Shown: one piece after another, positions 37,827-48,056 of the stretch
Layout of the letters: each line of letters begins with the position of its first letter
How positions within the stretch are numbered: the first letter of the stretch is position 1
Origin: a virus
Taxonomy: Duplodnaviria; Caudoviricetes
IMG/VR virus record: IMGVR_UViG_3300020156_000032
Span: 1-57,890 of that record
DNA length: 57,890 nucleotides
Reading direction: 5' to 3' (one strand)
The notes under the pieces: model-generated
The model's input: the letters and a program-made list of their open reading frames with translations, nothing else
The model's database searches: none
What the model was told of the DNA's origin: nothing
Translations under genes and position numbers: made by a program

Positions 37827-39035
37827 ATGGTGTCTACCCGCTCCTACCGCAATCCTCGCCGGGCCTCATCTCCCCCAAAGAAGCAGACGCCCCTGTGGCG
37901 TGGACCTCAAGAAGATGGCATCACGTTCTCTCTGCTATCTCGATTTATTGAGTGTAGGGAACGCTTCCGTCTCAAGGTCATTGAGGGATTGGTTGAGGAT
38001 GAAGGCTTCTTAGATGCCATCGAGTATGGCAACATGTGGCATGAGGCTGAGGAAGCATTTAGTCGCAAACGAGATTACGAACGAGTCATGCGACAAATGT
38101 ATGCTCGTTGGCGAGCTAACTACCCTAACCAAGAGGAGGAGACTCGTAAGTGGTACATGGTCTGTAAGACCACGTTCCCGATCTACATCGAATACTGGAA
38201 GCAACACCAACATGAGGTTCAACGTACTCCAATCCTGGAAGAGAAATCTTTCTCGGTAAAATACGTTTTACCCTCTGGTCGTTGGTTAAAGCTCCGGGGG
38301 AAGTTCGATGCAATCTTCGGTATCCTCAAGACAGGACAACTCCTACTCCAAGAGAATAAGTCCAAAAATAAGATGGACCTTGAGGGACTCCAAAAGACTC
38401 TCGACCAAGATTTACAAACCATGCTCTACCAGATCGCCATGCGGCTATCTATCGTAGAGAAGAAGGGGGAACACTACTTTCAGACTGATGAAGGTCAGAT
38501 GAAGGTCCCTCAGATGAAGAAAGCTCCTACCTTCCAAGGGGTTCTCTATAACGTGGTAAAACGTCCTCTTTCGGACATGTATGCTATCCGTCAACGTAAG
38601 ACGGAAACAGAGACTCAGTTCTTCGACCGGCTGGCCCAGAACATCCGTGAAGATTCCTTTACTTCTGATGGTAAGGCCAAAAGAGACTCCAGCTACTTTC
38701 ATCGCTGGGAGATCAACATCACGGAAGAAGAGATCGACACGTTCAAGAACCGAGTTTTTGACCCGCTGCTTGAACAACTGATGGACTGGTGGGAATGGAT
38801 TCAACCAGACCCATTTGATCCCTGGCGACCCAGAACCTATGGTGAGATGAAATGGCATGAGTTCCCAGACCAAGAGGAGGTGCGTAACACCTTCCATTGG
38901 CAATCACCTTGGGGAGTCTACAATTCACTTGCTAGTGGTCGTCGTGGTTCTTACTTTGACCTCCTGACATCCAACAGCAAGAAGGGGCTGCATAAAGCAA
39001 CAACCCTCTTCCCAGAACTCCAAAAGGTAGAGTAA
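37827..39035 (+). CDS. Cas4/RecB-like PD-(D/E)XK exonuclease
   Basis: FSLLSRFIEC, GNMWHE, E.SF, GKFDAI..ENKS, LQTMLY. Confidence 0.8.
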   Translation: MVSTRSYRNPRRASSPPKKQTPLWRGPQEDGITFSLLSRFIECRERFRLKVIEGLVEDEGFLDAIEYGNMWHEAEEAFSRKRDYERVMRQMYARWRANYPNQEEETRKWYMVCKTTFPIYIEYWKQHQHEVQRTPILEEKSFSVKYVLPSGRWLKLRGKFDAIFGILKTGQLLLQENKSKNKMDLEGLQKTLDQDLQTMLYQIAMRLSIVEKKGEHYFQTDEGQMKVPQMKKAPTFQGVLYNVVKRPLSDMYAIRQRKTETETQFFDRLAQNIREDSFTSDGKAKRDSSYFHRWEINITEEEIDTFKNRVFDPLLEQLMDWWEWIQPDPFDPWRPRTYGEMKWHEFPDQEEVRNTFHWQSPWGVYNSLASGRRGSYFDLLTSNSKKGLHKATTLFPELQKVE

Positions 39036-39262
39036 TGCAAGTCCCCACTCAATGCCCAACCTGTCAATCCCCCATCCATGTCAACTATGACCTCGACAAA
39101 TTGCCTGTTGAAGCCATAGCCCAATGGGTCATCAATTCCCCCCTCACCACCCTCATCAAGATGCAGGAGCTTCTGGCTAAGAACGGAGTAGCATTCCATA
39201 TTGGTACACCTGACATCCAAGCCCAATACACCTACGAACCCAACGACCACTATGAAACGTAA
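39035..39262 (+). CDS. Small CxxC hypothetical protein
   Basis: Coupled; CPTC. Confidence 0.55.
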   Translation: MQVPTQCPTCQSPIHVNYDLDKLPVEAIAQWVINSPLTTLIKMQELLAKNGVAFHIGTPDIQAQYTYEPNDHYET

Positions 39263-39779
39263 AAAACTCCTAAAAGTCTTGGAGCGTATCCTGGACAACC
39301 TGGAAGCTGACGCTGATGAGCGTGCTAATCATGTCAGCCTCTATTTGGAAATCAGTCAGTCCATTGAGACCCAACTGAAATGTCTCCATCAACTGTTGGA
39401 CCATAAAGACCTCCGACAGATTCTAGTCTTCTGGAATGAGTTCAAGACCTTCAAGACCCAAGTTCCTGATGCTCACATCGGCATTGTGGACGGTAAGATG
39501 TTCAACTGGATTGAAGATATTGCAACCCAGATCGACCTTATGTCCACCCCTGGTATCCATACCTTGACCTTGGAAATTCAAATCCCCAAGGTCGTAGAAG
39601 GTGAATCCATCGCTAACTCTTACGATATTGTCGGACTACGTCACACTCCTCCCACTCCCGAAACCCATGCCGAAACCTCAGAAACAGTCACCGTCCCCGA
39701 AACGCTCTCCCCCTCAACCTTCTCGGACGACACCGTCCAACAGTTCGTCGAAGAAATCATCGCCGAAGCCAACGTCTGA
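39252..39779 (+). CDS. Hypothetical protein
   Basis: ATG 39252 inside track ORF. Confidence 0.55.
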   Translation: MKRKKLLKVLERILDNLEADADERANHVSLYLEISQSIETQLKCLHQLLDHKDLRQILVFWNEFKTFKTQVPDAHIGIVDGKMFNWIEDIATQIDLMSTPGIHTLTLEIQIPKVVEGESIANSYDIVGLRHTPPTPETHAETSETVTVPETLSPSTFSDDTVQQFVEEIIAEANV

Positions 39780-40548
39780 TAGTCCTGGCTACTTAGGGAT
39801 TACAGCCCTAGGTATGGTCATTTATGGACCATCTGGCGTAGGCAAGACAGAGCTTGCCGCTCACTTCCCTAATGCCGGGTTCTTGTATGACCCACAGGAA
39901 CCTGGCATTGTGGACCTCCTAGCTTTCAGGAAGGTCCCAGAACCCATGTTCAAGGAGAAGGTCATTGATCATAAAGACCATCTCCGTATGTTAGAGAAAG
40001 TAGCTTCTGGTAAGCTGGAGTGTGAGACCCTTGTGGAAGATTCTCTCACAGGCTTCGAGAAGCTCTGCTTTCACCACCATTGCAACGAACACTACAATGG
40101 TGATCTGACCAAAGAGGGCTTCTACGCCTATGGACAAGGTCCTAAGCAGGCAGCGAAGTTCGATTGGTCAGACTACATTGACCTACTCGATGCCGTTCGA
40201 GAGGCCGGTATCAATGTCATTCTCCTGGCTCACGCCCAGGTCAAACCCTACAACAATCCCGAAGGTCCTGACTACGACCGATTCATTCCCTATCTTGATA
40301 AGGAGACTTGGCAAGCTATCCATCGTTGGGCTCAATCCCTACTGTTCTACAACTACTGTGTCAGCACCGAAAAGAAAGGTCTCAAAACGAAAGCCAAGGA
40401 TGGTGAACGTCAAATTGTGACCTCTTGGACTCCCGCAGCGGATGCTAAGAATCGGTATGGTCTGCCCCAGTACATCGAAGCAGGATGCTCCGGCAAGGAG
40501 GCATACGAAAACTTTGAGGCAGCTTTCCGTAAGGCTGCTGGTCTCTAA
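39667..40548 (+). CDS. Sak4-like AAA (AAA_24) ssDNA-annealing ATPase
   Basis: IYGPSGVGKT, LVEDSLT, ILLAH, DAKNRYGLP. Confidence 0.85.
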   Translation: MPKPQKQSPSPKRSPPQPSRTTPSNSSSKKSSPKPTSDSPGYLGITALGMVIYGPSGVGKTELAAHFPNAGFLYDPQEPGIVDLLAFRKVPEPMFKEKVIDHKDHLRMLEKVASGKLECETLVEDSLTGFEKLCFHHHCNEHYNGDLTKEGFYAYGQGPKQAAKFDWSDYIDLLDAVREAGINVILLAHAQVKPYNNPEGPDYDRFIPYLDKETWQAIHRWAQSLLFYNYCVSTEKKGLKTKAKDGERQIVTSWTPAADAKNRYGLPQYIEAGCSGKEAYENFEAAFRKAAGL

Positions 40549-40579
40549 TCTCGTACTTCCATCTCAACTGAAAGACATC

Positions 40580-41347
40580 ATGGCCGAAAAGACAAAGTCG
40601 TCCGTTCTTGCTAAGTTCAAGCGGACTGTTGGAAAGTCCTGGAACAAGTCTCGTAAGACTGAAGCCCAGGCTCGTGGTCAATCTCTCCCCCCTGGTATCC
40701 GTAATGGCGTCGCCAAGCTCTCCAGCTACAAGATCGACGAAACCCAGAACGGTGATCCGTACTTCGCTCTGACTGGGACAGTCGTCGAACCTGAAGATCA
40801 TGAGGGTCGTAAGGCAACTGTCACTCACTTCATCAACGACTCCGAATGGGCTACCGCGGAAGAGTGCTTGGAACGACTCATCTCGGACCTCAAGCTCCTA
40901 GGCGTCGAAGGTCTCGATGAAGCTGACATCGATGACCTCGAAGAACTCATCAAGTCCGCCGTCGATGAGGAAAAGCACTTCTACTTCAACACAGCTGAGT
41001 CTGGGAAAAAGAAGCAGGTGCGTGTCTACATCCAAGGCCCGGCTGAAGATTTCGACAACCAGGACGACAAGAAGTCGAACAAGAAGTCAGACAAGAAGAA
41101 CAATAAGAAGGAAGCTGAGCCAGAACCTGATGAACCCACCGAAGATGATGATGGTGGAGACTGGGAGCCCGCTAAGGGCGAGGTCTACGGCTACACCTAC
41201 AAAGACGGGAAGAAGAAAAAGACCGTCGCTGTAGTCGTGGATAAGGTCCGTAAGAAGGACCAAACGGTTGACATCCACGTCGAAGACGATGAGGACACAA
41301 CCTTCGAGGAAGTCGAGTGGAGTGACCTTGAGACTGCTCCCGAATAG
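40580..41347 (+). CDS. ssDNA-binding protein (DUF669-like) with acidic linker and C-terminal SH3/Tudor-like barrel
   Basis: LPPG...ETQNGDPY...EGRK; follows Sak4-like gene. Confidence 0.65.
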   Translation: MAEKTKSSVLAKFKRTVGKSWNKSRKTEAQARGQSLPPGIRNGVAKLSSYKIDETQNGDPYFALTGTVVEPEDHEGRKATVTHFINDSEWATAEECLERLISDLKLLGVEGLDEADIDDLEELIKSAVDEEKHFYFNTAESGKKKQVRVYIQGPAEDFDNQDDKKSNKKSDKKNNKKEAEPEPDEPTEDDDGGDWEPAKGEVYGYTYKDGKKKKTVAVVVDKVRKKDQTVDIHVEDDEDTTFEEVEWSDLETAPE

Positions 41348-41350
41348 AGC

Positions 41351-41412
41351 AGGATTGCTTTTCCCCAAGCAATCCTCACCCAGGACCTTCCCCGCAGGGT
41401 CCTGGGTTTCTT
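41351..41412 (+). terminator. Tandem hairpins / terminator after SSB gene
   Basis: AGGATTGCTT/AAGCAATCCT and CCCAGGACC/GGTCCTGGG plus TTTCTT. Confidence 0.65.
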
Positions 41413-41498
41413 GGGGCTGATGGTCTGATGGTGACCAGTGGACTAAGTTCGTTACATTCTCCAGTCCACCCGCGAAGGTTCGATTCCTTCCAGCCCCT
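41413..41498 (+). ncRNA. tRNA-like RNA with a 22 nt anticodon loop (no assignable anticodon)
   Basis: Acceptor GGGGCTG/CAGCCCC, D stem GGTC/GACC, anticodon stem GTGGA/TCCAC, T arm GAAGG-TTCGATT-CCTTC; no encoded CCA. Confidence 0.75.
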
Positions 41499-41531
41499 CT
41501 GTTAAAATCCTCTTTTAAGGACCCCCCGCCC

Positions 41532-41876
41532 ATGCTAGTTCTGTCCCGTCATATTGATGAGTCGATCGTGGTTGGTGACAACATTGTCATCACCGTTGTG
41601 GACATCCGAGGTGACAAGGTACGCCTTGGTATCGCTGCTCCCTCCGACATACCCGTTCACCGTCGCGAGGTCTACGACGCCATGCAACGCGAGAACGGTC
41701 ACACCCCCTCGTTGGCAGGACGGCAGATCAAAGCAGCCCATACGCTACGAGCCGGATACCACAGTTGTGGCTATCAACATGGTCCTGACAAGACTTGTGA
41801 ACAGGCCAAACAAGAGTACCATTTGGAAGTCGAAGCCATTCGTCGAGTCAACGACCCCTCTACCCACGGCGATTGA
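41532..41876 (+). CDS. csrA: Carbon storage regulator CsrA/RsmA with C-terminal extension
   Basis: [48 protein letters not shown]. Confidence 0.93.
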   Translation: MLVLSRHIDESIVVGDNIVITVVDIRGDKVRLGIAAPSDIPVHRREVYDAMQRENGHTPSLAGRQIKAAHTLRAGYHSCGYQHGPDKTCEQAKQEYHLEVEAIRRVNDPSTHGD

Positions 41877-41903
41877 TTATCTCCCCCAAAGAAAGCTAAG
41901 CCC

Positions 41904-42491
41904 ATGCCCCCAGTGAGTCCTAAACCGACAACGTATAAAGGTGTAAGGTTCAAGTCCCGTCTGGAGGCTCGTTGGGCAATCTTTCTTGATCATTGTCCTG
42001 ATGTCTATTCCTGGAAGTATGAACCACAGACTTTCTACAACAGAGCTACTGGCTGGACTTACACTCCAGACTTCCTAGTAGAATTGATGTTGAATGGTAA
42101 GCGGTACTTATACATCTTGGAAATCAAACCAAATCGTACCTCTGTGGAGTATTTGAACTTTCTCAAATACTTTACTAATCTCATACCGTACCCGTTCTTT
42201 GTTGTGTCTGGTAACTTCTATGACATCAAGTCACAGATAGATGCTGGCTTCAATAGTCCTGGTACTATCCCTAGGCTATTCGGTCTAGGGACTAAAGCAG
42301 CAGAACATATTGCTGCTAATTACCGTTTCGACCTCAGTGAGGAATCAAATGCTTTCCCGCAAACAAGAGTGCCTGGACCTGTTCGGCAAGACAGTCGAAG
42401 GCGTGGACGTTCATTTCGGCAATCAGGTAAAGGGAGTCGTGAAGGGGTACGACCCTTGCGTAAAAAAAGGTCTCGACGCAAGAGGAATTGA
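41904..42491 (+). CDS. PD-(D/E)XK endonuclease
   Basis: YKGVRFKSRLEARWA...YEP...YTPDF...LEIKP. Confidence 0.8.
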   Translation: MPPVSPKPTTYKGVRFKSRLEARWAIFLDHCPDVYSWKYEPQTFYNRATGWTYTPDFLVELMLNGKRYLYILEIKPNRTSVEYLNFLKYFTNLIPYPFFVVSGNFYDIKSQIDAGFNSPGTIPRLFGLGTKAAEHIAANYRFDLSEESNAFPQTRVPGPVRQDSRRRGRSFRQSGKGSREGVRPLRKKRSRRKRN

Positions 42492-42605
42492 TGGTGACTT
42501 CCTACACCTGATCCCCTTCCAAGTCTTCGACCCTGTGTCTAAGACCTATGGTAAGTCTCTTGGTCCCACAGTAACTGCCATCATCTCTATTGAATCTGTG
42601 ACTAC

Positions 42606-44678
42606 ATGCGACGACAAGCCGTATCAACACCTCGCCCCCGCTCAACACGAAACTCCCGTCCAACTCCCCGAAGCGTATCGACTACATCCAAAGTACGGTC
42701 GAAGGTCAACGCCAATTACAATCTCAAGTACAGCAAGCCCCCTGGAATCTTGTGGAGTCTCGACACCGAAACCACAGGAACAGATTTCTATCATGGATGT
42801 AAGCCATTCCTCTATTCTGCCTGCTCCACCGACGGAGACGTCCTCACCTGGGAATGGGACGTAAATCCTCTAACCAGGGAACCCATCATTCCTAATTCGG
42901 AGGAAAAGGAACTGGGAAAGTTCCTCAACTCCAACCACTTTGTCTTACACAACACTAAATTTGATTATCGAGCAGGGGAGTCCATAGGGCTCCCTATCCC
43001 GTCGTGGGAACATACCCAGGACACTCACCTCGCTAGTCATACCCTAGCTTCCGCAGCATCTCACAAACTCAAGGATTTGGCCCTGCAACATCTGGACATC
43101 AATGATGATGACCAAAAGGACCTCCAAGAGGCTGTGAATGCTGCTCGTCGCTTTGGGCGTAAGATGAAGTGGCGTATTGCCTCAGAAGGAGACCCTCACT
43201 TCCCTGCTTGGAAACCTAAACAGAATGAGGGCTGGTGGGTCGCAGACATGTGGCTGCCTAGAGCAGTCGCAAAATACTGTAACTACCCAAAGGATCATCC
43301 TTGGTGGACAGTCTGCCGAAAGTACAACATCCAAGATGTTGAACGTACAATCGGTCTCTGGCTCCTAATGAAAGAGGCTATGGAGGAAGAAGGTTTATAC
43401 CACCTCTATGAACGTCGCCGTCTCCTGTTACCCATCACTTACAAGATGGAATCACGGGGCATGACGTTCTCTTCCCAAAAATTGGAGCCAGTGCAGCAGG
43501 ACTTCCACCAACGCTGTACCAAAGCTAAGCAGACCTGTCTCAAATTGGCAGGTCCTGGACATACCGAGAAGAGCCTCAACAGTCCAGGTCAGCTGCGAAG
43601 TATCCTATTCGATAAGTATAAACTCCCTCCTGGGAAGAAAACCAAAAGCGGTCAAAACTTCTCTACTGATAAAGAAGTCCTAAACGACCTCGTACATAAG
43701 GCTGCTCCAGGTTCAGCAGCCTTACGCTTTTTGGAGAACCTCCTAGATGCTCGTGGCTATGAAACTGCCTTGAGCTATATGGAGTCCTATGAGAAGTTTG
43801 CTTGTCGAGCAAATAAGATACGCTGGTGGGAACTCCATCCTGGGTTCAACATCAGTGGTACAGCGACCACCCGATTCTCATCCAGCAACCCTAATGCCCA
43901 GAACATCAGCAAGAAGGAGAAAGCAAACCTCAGACAGATATTTGGTCCTATGCCTGGTCGTGAATGGTGGGCTATGGATTACTCAAATATCGAGATGCGT
44001 ATCTTCGCATACGAATCAGGTGACAAGCGTCTGATCGAGGCTTTCGAGTCTGGGTTCAGCGTACACTTGATTTTCGCGGAGGTGCTTCATCCCAAAGAAT
44101 ATGCCGAGTGCCTCAAGACAGGAGAGGAGTTCAAAGACAAGTACGAATCCACTCTGTACCAATGGGTCAAGAATGGTAACTTCGCACTCATCTACGGAGC
44201 AGGTGTTAAGAAAGCCAATGCAACCTACCACGTTGACGGTGCCTATGACATCATTCGTAAGAAGCTCCCCCTCATCGATAAGTTTATGCGAGCTAAGGAT
44301 GAGGAAGCTCGTAAGAAGGGATACATTACAACCCTTGGTGGCTATCGTCTCCAAGTCCCAGAGAAGAAACCCCACTGTGCTGTCAACTACTTTGTCCAGG
44401 GTACTGCTGGTTGGTGTATGATCAACGCTATGATCCGAGTAGCGGAGTATCTCCAAACCCTCAAGGATCATCACCTTATCATGACCATCCACGACGAACT
44501 GGATTACGACTTCCCAACCGCCGCAGGAACCAAGAACCTCTCCTACGCTTACCATTGCAAGAAGCTAATGGAGTTATCAGGGAACGACATTGGTATCCCT
44601 ACCCCTGTGGATGTTGAGCGTCATCCTGACAACTGGGCTAAAGGCGAACGTATCAAAGACTGGAGCTTGGCCGCCTAA
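42606..44678 (+). CDS. polA: Family A DNA polymerase with 3'-5' exonuclease domain
   Basis: LDTETTG, HNTKFD, TTRFSSSNPNAQNI, DYSNIEMR, KNGNFALIYG, NYFVQGTA, TIHDEL. Confidence 0.95.
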   Translation: MRRQAVSTPRPRSTRNSRPTPRSVSTTSKVRSKVNANYNLKYSKPPGILWSLDTETTGTDFYHGCKPFLYSACSTDGDVLTWEWDVNPLTREPIIPNSEEKELGKFLNSNHFVLHNTKFDYRAGESIGLPIPSWEHTQDTHLASHTLASAASHKLKDLALQHLDINDDDQKDLQEAVNAARRFGRKMKWRIASEGDPHFPAWKPKQNEGWWVADMWLPRAVAKYCNYPKDHPWWTVCRKYNIQDVERTIGLWLLMKEAMEEEGLYHLYERRRLLLPITYKMESRGMTFSSQKLEPVQQDFHQRCTKAKQTCLKLAGPGHTEKSLNSPGQLRSILFDKYKLPPGKKTKSGQNFSTDKEVLNDLVHKAAPGSAALRFLENLLDARGYETALSYMESYEKFACRANKIRWWELHPGFNISGTATTRFSSSNPNAQNISKKEKANLRQIFGPMPGREWWAMDYSNIEMRIFAYESGDKRLIEAFESGFSVHLIFAEVLHPKEYAECLKTGEEFKDKYESTLYQWVKNGNFALIYGAGVKKANATYHVDGAYDIIRKKLPLIDKFMRAKDEEARKKGYITTLGGYRLQVPEKKPHCAVNYFVQGTAGWCMINAMIRVAEYLQTLKDHHLIMTIHDELDYDFPTAAGTKNLSYAYHCKKLMELSGNDIGIPTPVDVERHPDNWAKGERIKDWSLAA

Positions 44679-44839
44679 ACCCTCCTTGTCAACTATCAGG
44701 AACCGTCTAGTGAGGTCCATTGTACCCCTAGTTAAACCCGTAATAAAAACCTAACTTTTACCATTGGCTTTGAAATCCTTTGGGAAAAGAACATACAAGA
44801 CACCAAACCTAACTACCAACACAGACCTCGTAACAACCA

Positions 44840-46033
44840 ATGCCAATAAAAACCGAAAACCAAACCCAGGACAATCCCCAAACCATTCCCCTGGACAATC
44901 CTACTGCTCGATTCATCTACTGGATGATGGAACGACACCGTATCCATCTCAAACGCCAGGCTGGTTTACCTAAACCCTGGACCACTGACAAGGTTCTCCA
45001 GTCATACTTCTTCACCAACCCTTTCCGAGAGAACGATAAGACAACAGCGTGGTATCGAGAGAACATCCGTATCCCTTACACTACTCCACCCCACTACAAT
45101 CCCTCCCCACCCAACAAGTTTCCCTCTGCTCCCTCCCTCAGTCTGTCTCGTGTCTTGTTCGCTACTATCGCTTTCCGGTGGTTTAACTTTATACCCACCG
45201 GACAACTCCTACTAGGCCGGGCCTTGAGCAACCTGTCATCCTCCCCAAAGGACATCAAGGCTTTTGCCGCCAATCGGAATAACCTATTGTACCACTGGGA
45301 TATGATACGAGCTATCAATCGTCTCACTATCCACCAACAGTACGGTCACAAAATCTTTACAGGAGCCTATATTATCAAGTCTCCTGACCGTCGTAACATC
45401 CCTTTCACCCTAGGATACACAGACGGTCCTGTCGGTGAACAAAGACTCCACTTTCCTGATAATCGAATCGTCCCCAAACGATCATCCAAGGGGGTCTACG
45501 ATAAGATCGAAGCAATCTGTTGGGCCGTCAACAACGTATGGCTCGACTTGACCGCTCTCACCAACTGGTTCACCAACACCCAACGTAGTCTGGAGGAAGC
45601 TCATCAAAAACTCTGTTGCTACCCCTACCTGGGAGACTTCATGGCTTACGAGATTGTGAGTGACTTACGCTTCACTCCTCTCTTGGACCAGGCCCCTGAC
45701 ATCAACACTTGGGCCAATATGGGACCAGGAGCTACTCGTGGTTTACGTCGTCTCCGTGGTCTCCCTGCCGAGGGACCTCTCCCTCGCAACTACAAGGAAC
45801 TGATGCTCCAACTCTGGGACCGAGCCAAACTGGACTTCCGAGTTATGGCTGGTCCTCCTATTCCCTCTGTATCCTCCCCAAAGGAACCTAGGTCCTCTTG
45901 GATCAAGTCCGGCTTATACCCCTACCCCAATATCGAGATGCGAGAGATCGAACATTCTTTGTGCGAGTTCGATAAATACGAACGAGCCCGTCTACAGGAC
46001 GGTCAACTAAAGCGTCTATACCAAGGCACCTAA
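44840..46033 (+). CDS. aGPT-Pplase clade 1-like DNA base hypermodification protein A
   Basis: FIYWMMERH...PKPWT.D.VL..YFFTNPFRENDKTT, FRWFN, GDFMAYEIVSD, GPGA.RGL, REIEHSLCEFDKY. Confidence 0.82.
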   Translation: MPIKTENQTQDNPQTIPLDNPTARFIYWMMERHRIHLKRQAGLPKPWTTDKVLQSYFFTNPFRENDKTTAWYRENIRIPYTTPPHYNPSPPNKFPSAPSLSLSRVLFATIAFRWFNFIPTGQLLLGRALSNLSSSPKDIKAFAANRNNLLYHWDMIRAINRLTIHQQYGHKIFTGAYIIKSPDRRNIPFTLGYTDGPVGEQRLHFPDNRIVPKRSSKGVYDKIEAICWAVNNVWLDLTALTNWFTNTQRSLEEAHQKLCCYPYLGDFMAYEIVSDLRFTPLLDQAPDINTWANMGPGATRGLRRLRGLPAEGPLPRNYKELMLQLWDRAKLDFRVMAGPPIPSVSSPKEPRSSWIKSGLYPYPNIEMREIEHSLCEFDKYERARLQDGQLKRLYQGT

Positions 46034-46084
46034 CTCTCTATCAATCCCCCACTCTCGACCTAACCCCTCAACCCCAGAACTCCT

Positions 46085-47605
46085 ATGCCCCTCCAAATCA
46101 AGACAATCCGTACTGTACTGCCTGGCTCCCCTGGTTGGTATTGGTTCCGCACCTCCACCGATGCTCCTTGGAATCCCATCTTAGTGGAATACACCGATGG
46201 TAAATCCCAAGCTCACCTCGTTGGATGTTTCTACAAAGAGGTCCCTAACTCCAACAACGGAGCTTGTTTCAAGGTCACTGCTCCCATCGAGGAATTTGAG
46301 GGTGAGTGGGGAGATGAGATCACTCCCCCTAAGCAAGCCAAACCTGCCCTACAGATCACTTACGGTTCAAGCACGACCTCCGAACGAGCCCCTCGTACCC
46401 AGTACAATCCTCCTGCTAACCAGTCAATCATCCCTGCTCAGTTCGAGAAGTTCCTCTACTGGATTCAGGAGCGTCACCAAATCTATCTAAACCGAGAGGT
46501 CAACAATTCTCCGAAGCCTTGGACAAAGGACCCGATCTTGCAGAACAACTTCTTCTGCAATCCTTTCCGAGAACTCGATAAGACAACCCAGTGGTTCCGT
46601 AATAAACTCCGGCAACCATTGGCTCCGTACCGCGAGGTACTAATGGCTACGATCATCTTTCGCTGGTTCAATTACATCCCTACCGGCGAGGCTCTACTCC
46701 ATGCTTACGATAGTACAGATGCCGAGACCACTAAGGCTCGTATCAAATCCGCTGTTCGTACTCCTGCTGATCCTTTCCTGGCAGTCGTAGGTCCCCAAGT
46801 CGCAGATATGCGTAAGACTCTGAGCAAGGCTGCTAAGAAGGGTATCGCTAAGGCCGGAGCTATCGCTAAGGGTTCTTCCCCAAAGAAGTCTGCTCAACCC
46901 TCCCAAGCAGAACACCTCCCCTTGGGCCTGTTCACCAACTGGGACACAACTAAAGCGATGAGTATCCTATCGAAGCTCAAGCCTGTATTCACCTCAGCCT
47001 ATGTAGTGTCCTCCGCAGAGGGACTCTCCAAGCTGGATAGCATCGCAGGTTCTATTGGTGAGATGTGGGAAGCTCGTAACTCGATCTATGAAGCCCTCGT
47101 ATCCCACCACACCACGATGGAGAAAGCTCACCAGTTCTTAACCTCCTTCCCTGGTATCGGTAACTTCACCGCTTACGAGTTAGTATGCGATCTCCGCTTC
47201 ACCCATATCGGAGAAAAGTGGTCCGATGTCAACGCTTGGGCCAATGCAGGTCCTGGTGCAATGCGAGGTCTGAACCGTTTGTACGGTCGTCCGATCTCAT
47301 TCGCCAGAGGGACTTATGATTGGGTGTCCGAATTACAGCATGTATACTCGAAGACAACCAATGCCCTCTTGGAACATAACTTCCTCAATGCCCCTCATGG
47401 TGAGGTCCCTTACCACTCCCTCAACTGCGAGGATGCCGCTGCTGCTCCTAACCTGCTGTTCGACCTACCTTTTGAACTACGAGAGATCGAACACTCCCTC
47501 TGTGAGTTCGATAAGTATATGCGATTGTATGAGCCCGTGTCTGCTGACGAGTATCGTCCTGGCGACGTACCAAAGCAGTCTAAGCGTAAGTTCAAAGGTA
47601 CCTAA
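46085..47605 (+). CDS. aGPT-Pplase clade 1-like DNA base hypermodification protein B, extra N-terminal domain
   Basis: Same motifs as 44840 paralog (PKPWTKDPIL..NFFCNPFRELDKTT, REIEHSLCEFDKY); N-terminal PGWYW domain. Confidence 0.82.
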   Translation: MPLQIKTIRTVLPGSPGWYWFRTSTDAPWNPILVEYTDGKSQAHLVGCFYKEVPNSNNGACFKVTAPIEEFEGEWGDEITPPKQAKPALQITYGSSTTSERAPRTQYNPPANQSIIPAQFEKFLYWIQERHQIYLNREVNNSPKPWTKDPILQNNFFCNPFRELDKTTQWFRNKLRQPLAPYREVLMATIIFRWFNYIPTGEALLHAYDSTDAETTKARIKSAVRTPADPFLAVVGPQVADMRKTLSKAAKKGIAKAGAIAKGSSPKKSAQPSQAEHLPLGLFTNWDTTKAMSILSKLKPVFTSAYVVSSAEGLSKLDSIAGSIGEMWEARNSIYEALVSHHTTMEKAHQFLTSFPGIGNFTAYELVCDLRFTHIGEKWSDVNAWANAGPGAMRGLNRLYGRPISFARGTYDWVSELQHVYSKTTNALLEHNFLNAPHGEVPYHSLNCEDAAAAPNLLFDLPFELREIEHSLCEFDKYMRLYEPVSADEYRPGDVPKQSKRKFKGT

Positions 47606-47725
47606 CCACCCTACCCTGTTCACCAACTGGGGCACAACTATTATCTACTCACACCCTCCTAGACCGACCTAAAGGTCCTCACCCAATTACCTTAGAATAC
47701 CCCCACAATTACCTTAAAATACCCC

Positions 47726-48043
47726 ATGAACGGACTCTACTACTACTTTCCCACTACCCCTGTGAAACCTCCCATGCCTTACAACGGACCATACCCTAAC
47801 TCACCCTCGGACCCTTACGGTGGCCTACGCAGCACCATTGCTACCTCTGCATTCAGTCTCAGTGTCAGCCTAATAGCGGTTACGCTACTGCTAGCTCTGA
47901 TAACTATGGAACTACACGATCTCAACAACACCCTCAAGAACTTGTGGACCCAAACCCTGCACGTTCAGACCTCTAACCCTCAACCGGAGGCTCCCCTTGC
48001 ACCGTCTCGTACCCCCTCCCTTACACCGTCTCGTATCCCCTAG
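47726..48043 (+). CDS. Small membrane protein
   Basis: Single hydrophobic segment LSVSLIAVTLLLALI. Confidence 0.5.
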   Translation: MNGLYYYFPTTPVKPPMPYNGPYPNSPSDPYGGLRSTIATSAFSLSVSLIAVTLLLALITMELHDLNNTLKNLWTQTLHVQTSNPQPEAPLAPSRTPSLTPSRIP

Positions 48044-48056
48044 TGGAGTGGCCTAT

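Noticed and set aside
41413-41498. tmRNA
   Set aside because: No G3-U70 pair, no tag ORF or pseudoknots, and it has a paired D stem.
46927-47640. Diversity-generating retroelement TR/VR pair
   Set aside because: Only 26 bp with one mismatch, and no reverse transcriptase in the window.
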